The translations under genes and the position numbers were made by a program. Below are positions 10,160 to 20,486 of a stretch of DNA of 64,000 bases, one piece after another. The notes below the pieces were generated by a model that saw only the letters and a list, made by a program, of their open reading frames with translations, made no database searches and had not been told where the DNA came from. This DNA is from Candidatus Hydrogenedentota bacterium (lineage in GTDB: Bacteria; Hydrogenedentota; Hydrogenedentia; Hydrogenedentales; SLHB01): positions 1 to 64,000 of the forward strand of contig BTWA01000027.1 in assembly GCA_045863295.1 (NCBI GenBank), written 5' to 3'. How positions within the stretch are numbered: the stretch's first letter is position 1; every line of letters begins with the position of its first letter.

Positions 10160-12334
10160 TCACGGGGCTAGTGCGTGAACCTTCTCCACGTCGAACTCTT
10201 TGCCTTCGCCATGGCACACCTGGCAACTTTCCGCATCGTTCGTGTAATCCGAATTCAGTGCCGCGTGGAGCACGCTTGCGAAGTCGTCGTGGCACGACGT
10301 GCAGGCCGCCGATGCCGGCAACACTTCACTGATTACCGCGCTGGGATTTGCCTGTGTAACCAAGGTTGATAGTGTGCCTTCCGGAGTCGGAACCCCAAAA
10401 GTTCCCTCGGCGTGACACATCGTGCATTGTTGCCGGAGACCCGGGAACACCACGTGCGAGAAGTCCACCGCCGAACTGAAGCCCCACACGGTGTAGCCTT
10501 GATCCAGCTCTTCACCGCTGTGGATCTTGTGGATCATGTCCTTGAAATTGATGGTGACCGGCGGGTTATTGCCATCCGGCCTACGGCTATCGTCGGTGCC
10601 GTTCGGATTGTGGCAAAACACGCAGTATTCCACGCCGGTACGTTGATCTCCGTGAAAACGGATTTCGTTGTGGCAAGCGTTACATGCTTGCGGGTCGACC
10701 GGCTGCCGGCGAGCTTCTGGAGCCGCCTTTGTGGTTGTGCCGTCAATTGCAAAGTACAGGACACTTGGGTCGGCAATACCCTGACGAAGTGTAGTGGTGC
10801 CACCTCCGTCGAGCGGTACTGAGTAGTTACGCCGTGCTTCCATGCCGATGGCGTAGGTGATGCCTGTATTCGTTGGGACGGTTGCGCTGAACAGGTATCG
10901 GTACAAGCCGCCGCCGAGATTCGTCAGTGTACCCGTGGGCGAGCCCGTCGAGCTGAACACTGTTTCGCGCAAATTGGTCTCGTAGTCCGTTGCCGGCCAT
11001 GCGATATTTGCGGCTATTGAGTTCATCGTCGTCGAGTTCAGGGTTGCTATCGGCGTGTTGGTCTTGTCCGTCGCGGTGAATTCAATTTGCACTCTTGACG
11101 GGTCAGCCGCTTGAGCGCCCGGAATGACGATCAGATCGGTAATTTCGATATTCAGCCCAGGGCCGAATTCCTGGACTTCCGTCAAATGCGAGTCGGCGAT
11201 GGACAGGAACGATTCCTGGTGGCACGTCTTGCACTGACTGTTGTTCACGTTTGGAATCGAATGCAGCGTGTACCCTGTCGGCATGTCCGCGGGAAGACCA
11301 AACCATGTCCGGTCGTGGCACGATCCACAACCGCGAATCGATGGATTCTCAAGATGGTAATCCGCGCTACCTGCCTTGGTGGAGGTTGTGTGGCAAACGG
11401 CGCAATTCCGGATGTCTTGCGGGAATACGACTTCTGAATAATCGTGTACCGCTCCGCCAAACCCTATGATTTGATATGGAGTACCGCCGATTACGCTTGG
11501 GAGGTCGGCTCCCTGGTGAATCTTGTGCACCATTTCGGCCATGTCAACCGAGTTTCCCGACTGACCGTCGGTACTTTGCGGAGAGTGGCACAGAATACAG
11601 AGCTGCACTTCGCGGCGTATGTCCCCATGCAAGGAAAGACGTGTATGGCACTTGTTGCAGGATTCCGTTGCGACTACATCACGTATCTCTGTCACAGCTT
11701 GGCCGTCGGGTCTGAAGGAGATGGCCGCATTCGCCTTATACTCTACTCCCGTGGCCGCATACTGACGACGGAATTGACCGCCAACTTGATGAGTCAAGTT
11801 GCCTCCGGCCACGGTTACAGCCGTGTTGCAACGATAAGAAAAACTGCCGTCGCTATTCTGTGTTACCCCATTCAGCGCGGCCGAGTCGTATGTGGCCTGT
11901 GTCGCGCCACTGTCCAGTCGAGTCATGTAGCTCATATAGCGGCTCGGTCCACCGTCGGCTGTACCCGTGAGGTAGGCCAGGATGAATCGAACGTCAGTCA
12001 ACTCCGACTTGGCGACATTATTGCCTTTGTCGTCCTTCGCGGTGAACCGGACTACCGGCCGGTTATCCGCAGGGAACTCTACGCCCAGGATGACCACGTT
12101 CAACCCTGGTGCGAAGCCACCTACGACTGGTCCCGGAGGGCCCTGGGGGCCTTGCGGTCCTTGTGGGCCTTGGGGTCCTTGTGGGCCTTGTGGGCCTTGG
12201 GGCCCCTGCGGGCCGGGCACAACCGTGACCCCAAGCAGCGGGCAACCCGACATGACGATTCCGGCAAGCAGCAAAACGATAACTTCCAGCCACGGCGATC
12301 GGACTGTGGTGCGTTTCCTCGGTATGAGACCCAT
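10160..12334 (-). CDS. OmcA/MtrC-family decahaem c-type cytochrome lipoprotein
   Basis: Lipobox MSGC. Ten CXXCH in two groups of five, each after a beta-rich domain. Family-like motifs MVHKIH / [14 protein letters not shown] and RR..V....CNACH. Confidence 0.9.
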   Translation of the reverse strand: MGLIPRKRTTVRSPWLEVIVLLLAGIVMSGCPLLGVTVVPGPQGPQGPQGPQGPQGPQGPQGPQGPPGPVVGGFAPGLNVVILGVEFPADNRPVVRFTAKDDKGNNVAKSELTDVRFILAYLTGTADGGPSRYMSYMTRLDSGATQATYDSAALNGVTQNSDGSFSYRCNTAVTVAGGNLTHQVGGQFRRQYAATGVEYKANAAISFRPDGQAVTEIRDVVATESCNKCHTRLSLHGDIRREVQLCILCHSPQSTDGQSGNSVDMAEMVHKIHQGADLPSVIGGTPYQIIGFGGAVHDYSEVVFPQDIRNCAVCHTTSTKAGSADYHLENPSIRGCGSCHDRTWFGLPADMPTGYTLHSIPNVNNSQCKTCHQESFLSIADSHLTEVQEFGPGLNIEITDLIVIPGAQAADPSRVQIEFTATDKTNTPIATLNSTTMNSIAANIAWPATDYETNLRETVFSSTGSPTGTLTNLGGGLYRYLFSATVPTNTGITYAIGMEARRNYSVPLDGGGTTTLRQGIADPSVLYFAIDGTTTKAAPEARRQPVDPQACNACHNEIRFHGDQRTGVEYCVFCHNPNGTDDSRRPDGNNPPVTINFKDMIHKIHSGEELDQGYTVWGFSSAVDFSHVVFPGLRQQCTMCHAEGTFGVPTPEGTLSTLVTQANPSAVISEVLPASAACTSCHDDFASVLHAALNSDYTNDAESCQVCHGEGKEFDVEKVHALAP
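12125..12214 (-). repeat. Collagen-like Gly-X-Y repeat (GPQ x8, GPP, GPV) within the decahaem cytochrome
   Basis: 9-bp period repeat with synonymous variation, directly translated. Confidence 0.95.
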
Positions 12335-12443
12335 AAGTTGACCCCCTCAATTCGTTAACCCAGCCACGAAGTCCGGGAGACTCCACTTACCGCACTACTA
12401 ATAAGGGGTCCCGTTCTTCAGTTCATTTAAATGTCAGGCAATA

Positions 12444-12459
12444 CGCAATGCGGTTGCCT
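12444..12459 (-). promoter_or_regulatory. Possible sigma54 (-24/-12) promoter of the decahaem cytochrome gene
   Basis: AGGCAACCGCATTGCG: GG-N10-GC with TTGC, about 110 bp upstream of the start, with an AT-rich region further upstream. Confidence 0.4.
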
Positions 12460-13074
12460 CGAACTACTTTGGTATACGGTGTAGCATTTGTTGTGCCTTT
12501 GCAAAATAGTTTTTATTGAATAAGTGCAACTCTTTTGAGACTAGGTAGTTACTGCGTATTTAGATATGAATTATCCGATTTGTTGCTGAGGATGGATACG
12601 CAACGCTGAACATATATGTGCAGTGCAGTTATGACATTCCAGGGAACGTTACTATTGCACGATTTCAATGTCCCACTATCGATTCATGGTGGCCAGAACT
12701 GCAGACTGCCACAAAAACGAAGCGGGCGACACCCCGTAGAGTGCCGCCCACGTGTCCAGTATACGCTGGAAACCTGGCTAAACGGTATCAAACCCTCTGT
12801 TCGAAATTAAACTCATACAGTGATCCGATCCGTTTTTGGGACCAGGCATGGTACCTGGACTATCCATCGACGGACCACCTCCTTTCCGACGCCACCAGCG
12901 CATCCAGAGCACCCCTCATTGGGTCCTCTTTGTCGCAGCGGGTCTAACTGTCACTTGATCAATACACCAAATGGCGTCAAAAGTAAACCTTTTTTTTGTG
13001 GTCGCAGGTTTTGTACATACCGTATATGGTGGTACTTGCTTGAACAAACAGCACCAACACGGCATGATTGCGGT

Positions 13075-13443
13075 ATGAAGCGTCCCAAAATTGAGACCCA
13101 AGGACAAAAGGAGCCGCTTACCGCGAATCCGTTCGCCAGTTTGCTCAGCCAAGGCGGCACGACCGATCTGCCCCCAGGGCCTCCGGTTCCGACAACGCCG
13201 GTCCTTTCGTCGCCGTTTCAGGTTGGAAAGACTCGCAAGGGCGGCTGGCCCATTTCGGTAGAAAGGCGCGGCAATGGCTGGGTCACCATAGTGGGGAATG
13301 TACAGGGGGACGCGGAGTCGCTTTTGCGACGGCTCCGGAAGCACTGCGCCTCCGGGGGAACCGCGCGCGCTGGCGAGATTGAAATTCAAGGCGATCACAG
13401 GAACAAAGTGAGTGCCGCGCTGGACGAATGGCTTCCCAAGTGA
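13075..13443 (+). CDS. yciH: Translation initiation factor SUI1/YciH family protein
   Basis: LRKHCASGGT...IEIQGDHR motif. NPFA N-terminal segment. Start taken at ATG 13075. Confidence 0.8.
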   Translation: MKRPKIETQGQKEPLTANPFASLLSQGGTTDLPPGPPVPTTPVLSSPFQVGKTRKGGWPISVERRGNGWVTIVGNVQGDAESLLRRLRKHCASGGTARAGEIEIQGDHRNKVSAALDEWLPK

Positions 13444-13444
13444 G

Positions 13445-14932
13445 TCAATGGTCTCGCCAACTTGGAAATTCGCGGGCTCCGGTATCTTTCAGCAGCCGCA
13501 ACAATTCCTGATTGAGACTAACAAAGAGCGACTTTACGTTTTCTGGCGCACGCTGAATTACTTGTCGTTCTACTGGACCTGACTGAGTCTCCACGGTGAT
13601 GTCACCCACGAGGTTATTCATTTCCTCGGGGTCGTTAACCAGGTCATACAACTCGCACCTGTCCCAGATACCGTGATATCGCATCAACTTATGGGTCTTG
13701 GTCCGAACGCCCAACACTGACGGCGTCTGCGCAAACGAGGCTTCCCAGAAATACTCGTACAAAAAGGCCTCTCGCCATGCAACCGATTCGCCCTGCAGCA
13801 GTTTCCAGAAGGATTGCCCTTGCATGGATTGGGGCACGGGTGTGCCAGATGCATCCAAGATTGTTGGCGCAATGTCGATGTTGAGCAGCAAGTCGTCGCG
13901 TTCACCCGGCGGTATCGCGTCGGGACAATGTATAATTAGCGGTACTTTGATGGACGCTTCATACATGGTACGTTTGTCGATGAGACCGTGCTCTCCAAAC
14001 TGGAACCCGTTGTCAGACGTGAAGACGATGAGTGTGGATTCCAGTAACCCCTGGTCTTTGAGCGCGGCGACAATTCGGCCCACACTGTCGTCCACTGCCA
14101 GCATTGTTTCACAATACAATTGGGTGAACTGGTCGAAATCCACCTCCTTGTTGTACATGCCATCTACCCCATGCCAGCTATTTCTCTGATCGCGGACCCA
14201 GTCCGGCTTGCCCCGGTAGTTCTCGTCTGTATTCGCCATGGAAGCGGGGTAGGGGTATTTGCGCCCGGCATATCGCCCCTTGTGGCGTGGAGCAGGCGTG
14301 AACTCCGCGTGCACTGCCTTGTGAGACACATAGGCGAAAAACGGACGGTCGGCGTTGGCCCGGATGAATTCTTCGGCGTAGTCCGTGATCAAGTCCGAAA
14401 CATACCCGTCCTGCGGTTTTTGCGAACCGTCGATATTGAATGTTGGATTTTCATAGACGCCCTGCCCCCGAAATGACACCCAGCGGTCAAATCCCGGTCT
14501 CGGCATATCGCTGTCGCCGCCCATATGCCACTTGCCGAAAAATCCCGTCGCGTAGCCCGATTTCTTCAGTTCCACGGGAAAGATGGGGGTGTCGGGCGGC
14601 AACGGCGTGCTGTTGTCCAAGACGCCGTGAATGTGCGCGTACTGACCCGACAGTATTGATGCCCGGCTCGGGGAGCAGAGCGAGGTTGTAACGAATGCGT
14701 TTCGGCAAAGCGCGCCGCCACGCGCGAGCGAATCCAGGTGTGGAGTCTCAATAATTGGATGTCCCATTATGCTGAGCGCATCGAAACGCATGTCATCGAC
14801 CAGGATGAACACCATATTGCGCCTCGGGCTTTCGCCGGACGCTGCAAAGGTCCTCCCGCTGGCTGTATATGCCGCTCCCACGGTCCCCGCTGCCTGCAGA
14901 AATCCCCGTCTGGTCAAGTGAATGCCGTGCAT
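13445..14932 (-). CDS. Tat-exported FGly-dependent sulfatase
   Basis: TRRGFL twin-arginine signal, FILVDD, LCSPSRASILSG, GKWH, FTSDNG. Start taken at MHGIH. Confidence 0.92.
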   Translation of the reverse strand: MHGIHLTRRGFLQAAGTVGAAYTASGRTFAASGESPRRNMVFILVDDMRFDALSIMGHPIIETPHLDSLARGGALCRNAFVTTSLCSPSRASILSGQYAHIHGVLDNSTPLPPDTPIFPVELKKSGYATGFFGKWHMGGDSDMPRPGFDRWVSFRGQGVYENPTFNIDGSQKPQDGYVSDLITDYAEEFIRANADRPFFAYVSHKAVHAEFTPAPRHKGRYAGRKYPYPASMANTDENYRGKPDWVRDQRNSWHGVDGMYNKEVDFDQFTQLYCETMLAVDDSVGRIVAALKDQGLLESTLIVFTSDNGFQFGEHGLIDKRTMYEASIKVPLIIHCPDAIPPGERDDLLLNIDIAPTILDASGTPVPQSMQGQSFWKLLQGESVAWREAFLYEYFWEASFAQTPSVLGVRTKTHKLMRYHGIWDRCELYDLVNDPEEMNNLVGDITVETQSGPVERQVIQRAPENVKSLFVSLNQELLRLLKDTGAREFPSWRDH

Positions 14933-15066
14933 GACGCTGTCCCCTAACAAAGTTTGAAGCAGGATTCTCACACCATACTGGACTGGTCAGGCGAAATCTA
15001 CCTGGAGTAACTTGTGCCGCAATCCCATGTCCAGTACAGTCTTGCCCAGGAGGCCGGCGCCCAATC

Positions 15067-15918
15067 ATGTTTCCGCAAGTGTTTGAGTCGAAATATGTTG
15101 TAATCCACACCCATACGGTTTTCCTCGGTCTTGCCGTTGTACTTTCGTCCGTGTTGGTGTCCCGGGATTCGATTGTCCGTCAATTGGGAGTCTATATCCC
15201 GCCGACAGCGGGTATTGGCGCCTATCTGTCCGCGCTTGTGGGCGCCAAGTTTTTCTGGCTGGTGGAGTTTTACGGCATCGAAACGGCGTGGCGAGCGGTA
15301 TTTGTCTGGGAGCCTGGATATGCGTTTTACGGCGGACTCGCTGGTGTGCTGACGTTTGCCGTGCTGTACACACGGATTTACACGATTCCTTTTCTCAGGC
15401 TTTGCGATCTTGCGGTGCCTTACATGGCCCTCGTAGAGGCTGTTACTCGAATTGGTTGTTTTCTCAATGGGTGCTGCTATGGCAAGCGAAGCGACCTGCC
15501 TTGGGCCTTGTCATTCCCGAGGGGTAGCGCGGTATACAACAAGCACCTCGTATCCCACTGGATCTCCGGTGCCGACTCAGTCTCTTTGCCGGTGCACCCG
15601 TCTCAATTATATATGTGCGTACTCCTGGTAGGCATGTGGTGGATATTGCGGGTTTCCTGGACACGGCGGCCGTTCGACGGTGCGTTGTGTATTGCTTATG
15701 CAGCCCTGTATGCCGTTTACCGATTCATTATCGAATTCATTCGAGATGACAGCACACTGCCTATCCGGGGCTTGTCAGTACCTCAAGGGCTGAGCATTGT
15801 GCTTTTGCTGGTTGCCGTTGTCGCCTGGTTACTTTTGAGACGGAGAAAAGACGGCCACGCAGAGAACCGCAATGGGGAGACTGATTCAACTTCGATTGGA
15901 CACAGTGCGGCGGAATAA
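15067..15918 (+). CDS. lgt: Prolipoprotein diacylglyceryl transferase (Lgt)-family protein
   Basis: FYGG, RIGCFLNGCCYG, VHPSQLY, YRFIIEFIRDD. Multi-TM. Confidence 0.85.
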   Translation: MFPQVFESKYVVIHTHTVFLGLAVVLSSVLVSRDSIVRQLGVYIPPTAGIGAYLSALVGAKFFWLVEFYGIETAWRAVFVWEPGYAFYGGLAGVLTFAVLYTRIYTIPFLRLCDLAVPYMALVEAVTRIGCFLNGCCYGKRSDLPWALSFPRGSAVYNKHLVSHWISGADSVSLPVHPSQLYMCVLLVGMWWILRVSWTRRPFDGALCIAYAALYAVYRFIIEFIRDDSTLPIRGLSVPQGLSIVLLLVAVVAWLLLRRRKDGHAENRNGETDSTSIGHSAAE

Positions 15919-17187
15919 TGCGTCCAATTTGCGGACTTCGGTTTCGGTAAGGTGAGACTCTTCCACAAGTTTTCGTCCAATGGACCCCATCTCGCTCAGT
16001 TTGTCGGCCGTTTCCTCCATTGCCTGCATGATGGCGTCACATAGTGACTCAACGTTGCCGGCGGGCACAAGCCAACCGCATTTGCCCGGCCGCACCAGTT
16101 CCGGAATGCCTGCGATGTACGTGGAAATCACTGGTCTCCCCAGGGCCAATGCCTCCATGATGACCACGGGAAGTCCTTCCGCGAAGCTGGGAAGGATCAG
16201 CGCTCTTGATCGGAGGAGATGTTCCCGCACTTCCGATTCACTTTGCCATCCCGTCACATAAATCCGGTCGCGGAGGCCGCGCGCATCAATACGTGCCTCG
16301 ACTTCATCGCGCAACTCGCCATCGCCTACGATTATCAACGATCCTTTCAAGCCCCGCTCGACGGCAAGTCCAAATGCATCAACAAGAAAAAGAGGCCCTT
16401 TTTGTTCATTCAGACGGCCGACAAATACAATTGAGTCGGCATGCTCCGGAATCGGCGTTGCTGCGGTAAGCCAGTCCTCGCCTACCGTACAATGCACGAT
16501 CTCAATCTTGCCCCATTCCTGGTACTGTGCCCATCGGCGAAGTTGCGACGCGCAAAAGTCCGAAATCGCCACAGTGAATGCGGCATCTTTCATCTTGTCA
16601 CCGAGGCTCAAGCCGATGGGGGCGTCGAACTCCGATGGCCCGTGGATGGTCATGCTGTAGGTCGGGCCACCCAGTAGGTGCGCCAGCCTTGCAACGGCAG
16701 CCGCGTTGGTTCCGAAGTGGACGTGCACGTGGTCGATTCGATGCCTGCGTAATAGCCCGGCAAACCATGCCGCTTCCAACCAATACGCCAAGTGCCGCAA
16801 GAGCCCCCGTTCACTACGCCGACTCATGGAACAAGTGACCCGTAAAGCTCGAAGGGCGGACACTGGCGACCGCATCAATTCAAGCGCGGCGCGCACCATC
16901 ACCGGCGCCAAAGAATCTGCCAAGCAGTATACCGTCTTTTCCTGCTCCGCCTTGTCTTGCGGATCCGCCACTGCGCCTGCCTTACGTATCGAAGCTCGAA
17001 GAATGGAGTAGCCAGAACGCTCAAGACCTTGGATTTCCCGTCGGATAAACGTGTGGCTTACTTTGGGATACTCGGTGGTCAGATAGGCTATGCGCGGCGT
17101 AATGGAGTGCCCTACATCGTTACGGGAAGACAATGCGGATTCCTTTTCCTGGAAGCTAGTGGGCCTGTCGGGAGTCTGGTGACGCAT
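15886..17187 (-). CDS. GT4-family glycosyltransferase (WcaL-like)
   Basis: YPKVSHTFIRREI, HVHVHFGTN, FVGRL..QKG, EGLPVVIMEA. Confidence 0.9.
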   Translation of the reverse strand: MRHQTPDRPTSFQEKESALSSRNDVGHSITPRIAYLTTEYPKVSHTFIRREIQGLERSGYSILRASIRKAGAVADPQDKAEQEKTVYCLADSLAPVMVRAALELMRSPVSALRALRVTCSMSRRSERGLLRHLAYWLEAAWFAGLLRRHRIDHVHVHFGTNAAAVARLAHLLGGPTYSMTIHGPSEFDAPIGLSLGDKMKDAAFTVAISDFCASQLRRWAQYQEWGKIEIVHCTVGEDWLTAATPIPEHADSIVFVGRLNEQKGPLFLVDAFGLAVERGLKGSLIIVGDGELRDEVEARIDARGLRDRIYVTGWQSESEVREHLLRSRALILPSFAEGLPVVIMEALALGRPVISTYIAGIPELVRPGKCGWLVPAGNVESLCDAIMQAMEETADKLSEMGSIGRKLVEESHLTETEVRKLDALFRRTVSNRS

Positions 17188-17222
17188 ACCTTACCACCGG
17201 AAACAACGGGCGAACAACGGAC

Positions 17223-17972
17223 TTAATGCTTTGCCGTCTCCGACGATAGAGCCTTCTCGGGCCAGCGGAGCGCCGAACATTGAAGCAGGCCGACGATTAG
17301 CAACAATATGGATAGAATTTGGCCGCCCGTTAGCGGACCGATGAGCGTATATGTATTTCGAAAGCCTTCGATGATGAGCCGCTCGGCGCCGTAAACGCTG
17401 CAAAACAAGGCAAAGATCAAGCCTGCAGGTACATAATTCATCCGCTTCGGCACGCTATACGTGACAAGGCCGGCAATCGCGTATGAAACCAAGTCAAGGC
17501 CCGGCCACCAAAGGCCCGGCCGGAGGCCCAACTCCATCAAGCTTACGTACGGTACGCCTTGACAGCAACCTTGGAACAGGCAGGCAAGTCTTGCGACGAA
17601 CCCTCCCACGCAGATACCCGGCACGACTGCATCCAAGTAGATGAGGGGAACATGGCCGCGAATAGCCGCATACAGGAGCACTACGGCCATTGGACCCAGT
17701 ATGCCTCCCATCGAGCCAAAACGCAGCGCCATCCATGCGCCGTTGCGAAATACAGCTTCCTGGAAATACCACGGTTGCACAAGGCCGTACAGCCGGGCCG
17801 CCAACGCCGCTCCAAGACAACTCCACAACACGATACGCCACGCCTCGCCCCGGCTGCTAACGACGCCTGGGAAGAGCTTTCTTACCGTAATCAGGGCAAA
17901 AAAGATTCCGGCCAGCGGTAAGAAGACTATATCCGGGTTGAATACCCAGTATCCTATCCTGAGACTGACCAC
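17223..17972 (-). CDS. Divergent Lgt-like membrane protein
   Basis: LAARLY, GSMGG, RLACLFQGCCQG, ERLIIEGFR, LTGGQILS. Lacks HPxQLY. Confidence 0.7.
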   Translation of the reverse strand: MVSLRIGYWVFNPDIVFLPLAGIFFALITVRKLFPGVVSSRGEAWRIVLWSCLGAALAARLYGLVQPWYFQEAVFRNGAWMALRFGSMGGILGPMAVVLLYAAIRGHVPLIYLDAVVPGICVGGFVARLACLFQGCCQGVPYVSLMELGLRPGLWWPGLDLVSYAIAGLVTYSVPKRMNYVPAGLIFALFCSVYGAERLIIEGFRNTYTLIGPLTGGQILSILLLIVGLLQCSALRWPEKALSSETAKH

Positions 17973-18115
17973 TGATTCGCCTTCCCGAATTCAGGCACAC
18001 GGTTTACAATTTCGCAGTAGCGATATCGGCCGGGCGTAGCCGCTCTCTCATGGTTAATTCCGCAGATGTATCAATCCAATGTCGCCTCAGACGCCCAGTG
18101 TCCCAGCCCCCAACC

Positions 18116-19102
18116 TTAAAACGATTCAACGGGAAGCCCCTGTTCCACCTCGTGCAAGTAGGATTGAAGGCGGTCTTCAATTGGGGCCAATTCTGTAATG
18201 TGCATGAACTCGTTTCGTACACGTGCTGCGCGTGGCATGCCGCGCAAGTACCCGGAATAGTGCTTACGAAACTCGATAACACCCGCGCGTTCGCCTTTAT
18301 GGGTTACACTCAGGCGAAGGTGGTCAATGCACGTGGCAATGCGTTCACGGTAAGCGGGGGAGGGCAGGATTTCACTCGTTGCCAAAAAATGCTTGGCCTC
18401 ACGGAACAGCCACGGATTCTGAATTGCACCACGGCCGATCATCACGCCGTCGCAACCGGTATCGAACATCTGCTTGACGTCTTCCGGCGTTTTGACATCG
18501 CCGTTGCCCAATACCGGTATGGAAACGGTTTCCTTGAGCCGGGAGAGCCAGGACCAATCGGCGTCGCCCTCATGGCCCTGATCGCGTGTTCGGCAGTGCA
18601 GGGAGAGTGCCGCCACGCCGGCCTGTTCCAGCATGCGCGCCACGTCCAGAATGACGATTGACCGTTCGTCCCAGCCCAACCGCGTCTTCACAGTAACGGG
18701 AAGTGAAGTGCCACGAATGACCGACTTGACGATCTTCTCGAATTTTACGATGTTTTTCAGCAGGCCCGCTCCTGCCTCGCGCAGCGCGACTTTTTTGACC
18801 CAACACCCGCAATTGATGTCGATGAAATCGGGATTGAATCGTTCCGCAATGGCGGCCGCGCCTTCCATAGAATCCTCAACCCCGCCGAATATCTGTATTG
18901 CCACGGGTCGCTCTTCATCCACGACTCGAATTTTGGCCAGTGATTTTCGAGCGTCTCGAATAAGCGCTTCGCTGCTTGTAAACTCGGTATAGAGGATGTC
19001 GGCGCCCAGCCGCTTGCAGATCAAGCGGAAAGGGAGGTCAGTAACGTCTTCCATGGGCGCCAGCGCAAGTGGCGAATCCAAGTGTATATGGCCGATCTTC
19101 AT
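18116..19102 (-). CDS. dusB: tRNA-dihydrouridine synthase DusB
   Basis: LAPMEDVTDLPFR, DINCGC, VTVKTRLGW, GNGDV, GVMIGRGA. Confidence 0.93.
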   Translation of the reverse strand: MKIGHIHLDSPLALAPMEDVTDLPFRLICKRLGADILYTEFTSSEALIRDARKSLAKIRVVDEERPVAIQIFGGVEDSMEGAAAIAERFNPDFIDINCGCWVKKVALREAGAGLLKNIVKFEKIVKSVIRGTSLPVTVKTRLGWDERSIVILDVARMLEQAGVAALSLHCRTRDQGHEGDADWSWLSRLKETVSIPVLGNGDVKTPEDVKQMFDTGCDGVMIGRGAIQNPWLFREAKHFLATSEILPSPAYRERIATCIDHLRLSVTHKGERAGVIEFRKHYSGYLRGMPRAARVRNEFMHITELAPIEDRLQSYLHEVEQGLPVESF

Positions 19103-19211
19103 AGCCTGATAGAATGCCATATCTGGCCTGCAATCGCCAATTTACAGCTTGTACGGGTTGACTTCGTCAATGGACTGTGGCGATACTGCATCGAACTGCA
19201 CTATCGAGGAA

Positions 19212-20486
19212 ATGTCCGTGAATAACCACCTTGCCGAGTATCATTCGCCCCTGCTGCAACAAGTTATCCAGCAATTTGATGACGTTCGGGATCGTATTGG
19301 CGTGGAAGAGGGCGCACTTGCGCGGCTGCGTTATCCAAAGCGGTCCGCCATCGTCACTGTTCCGGTTCGAAGGGATGACGGTACCACACAGGTGTTTATG
19401 GGATACCGGGTGCAGCATTCCATCACGAGCGGTCCGGGTAAGGGCGGGCTGAGATACCACCCGGATGTAACGTTAGGCGAAGTCGCTGGACTCGCCATGA
19501 TTATGAACTGGAAATGCGGTCTGATGGGTCTGCCATTTGGCGGAGCGAAGGGAGGGGTCAACTGTGACGCATCCAGTATGTCTCGTGGAGAACTTGAACG
19601 GCTCACACGTCGTTTTACTATTGAGATGTTGCCATTTATTGGTCCGATGACGGATGTAATGGCCCCCGATGTCGGCACGGGGGAGCAGGTAATGGCATGG
19701 ATATACGACACATATTCAATGCATGTGGGACACAATGTACCCCAGATAGTGACAGGCAAAAGCGTTTCCATCTATGGCACGGTAGGTCGTCGCGAGGCCA
19801 CAGGCCGTGGCGTTGTGTACACCATCGAGGACGCCGCCGAAGCGATTGGACTTAAGTTGGAAGGCTCTCGTGTCGTTATACAGGGGTTCGGCAACGTCGG
19901 GTCAGTTGCAGCGCATGAACTCGCATTGCGCGGGGCGCGCGTCGTCGCCGTAAGCGATGCCAAGGGGGCAGTCCAGCGGGAATCCGGACTCGATATTCTC
20001 GCCCTTCTCGAATACAGCAATCGGAATAAGACCGTGCATGGGTTTCCCGGGGGCGACACGATCGATCGGGAAGCCATCTGGGCGTTGCCGTGCGACATTC
20101 TCGTTCCTGCCGCTCTTGAGCGGTGTATTACTGAAGAAAACGTACGGTCGCTAAAATGCCGGATTCTCGCGGAAGCCGCAAATGGTCCGACCACGGCGGA
20201 AGCGGACAAGATATTGAAAGAAGAAAGTGGAATATTTCTCATTCCCGACATCCTGTGTAATGCCGGTGGTGTAACTGTAAGCTACTTCGAATGGGTGCAG
20301 GATATTCAGATGCTCTTCTGGGACGAAGAGGAGGTCAATCGCCGGTTAAAGAAGATCATTTCCGGCGTATTTCACAAATGTCTTGCGCTCGCTGAAAAGG
20401 AAAAGGTGGACATGCGAACAGCCGCACTCATTCTGGGCATTCGGCGGCTGGCACAAGAAAAAGCCCATCGGGGATTGTATCCATGA
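19212..20486 (+). CDS. gdhA: Glu/Leu/Phe/Val dehydrogenase, probably glutamate dehydrogenase
   Basis: GPGKGGLRYHP, LPFGGAKGG, APDVGT, GRREATGRG, QGFGNVG, NAGGVTVSYFEWVQ. Confidence 0.92.
   Translation: MSVNNHLAEYHSPLLQQVIQQFDDVRDRIGVEEGALARLRYPKRSAIVTVPVRRDDGTTQVFMGYRVQHSITSGPGKGGLRYHPDVTLGEVAGLAMIMNWKCGLMGLPFGGAKGGVNCDASSMSRGELERLTRRFTIEMLPFIGPMTDVMAPDVGTGEQVMAWIYDTYSMHVGHNVPQIVTGKSVSIYGTVGRREATGRGVVYTIEDAAEAIGLKLEGSRVVIQGFGNVGSVAAHELALRGARVVAVSDAKGAVQRESGLDILALLEYSNRNKTVHGFPGGDTIDREAIWALPCDILVPAALERCITEENVRSLKCRILAEAANGPTTAEADKILKEESGIFLIPDILCNAGGVTVSYFEWVQDIQMLFWDEEEVNRRLKKIISGVFHKCLALAEKEKVDMRTAALILGIRRLAQEKAHRGLYP

Noticed and set aside
11444..12358. 304-aa + strand ORF; also 21330-22355, 44046-44801 and 46860-47588
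   Set aside because: Antisense shadows of well-supported genes.
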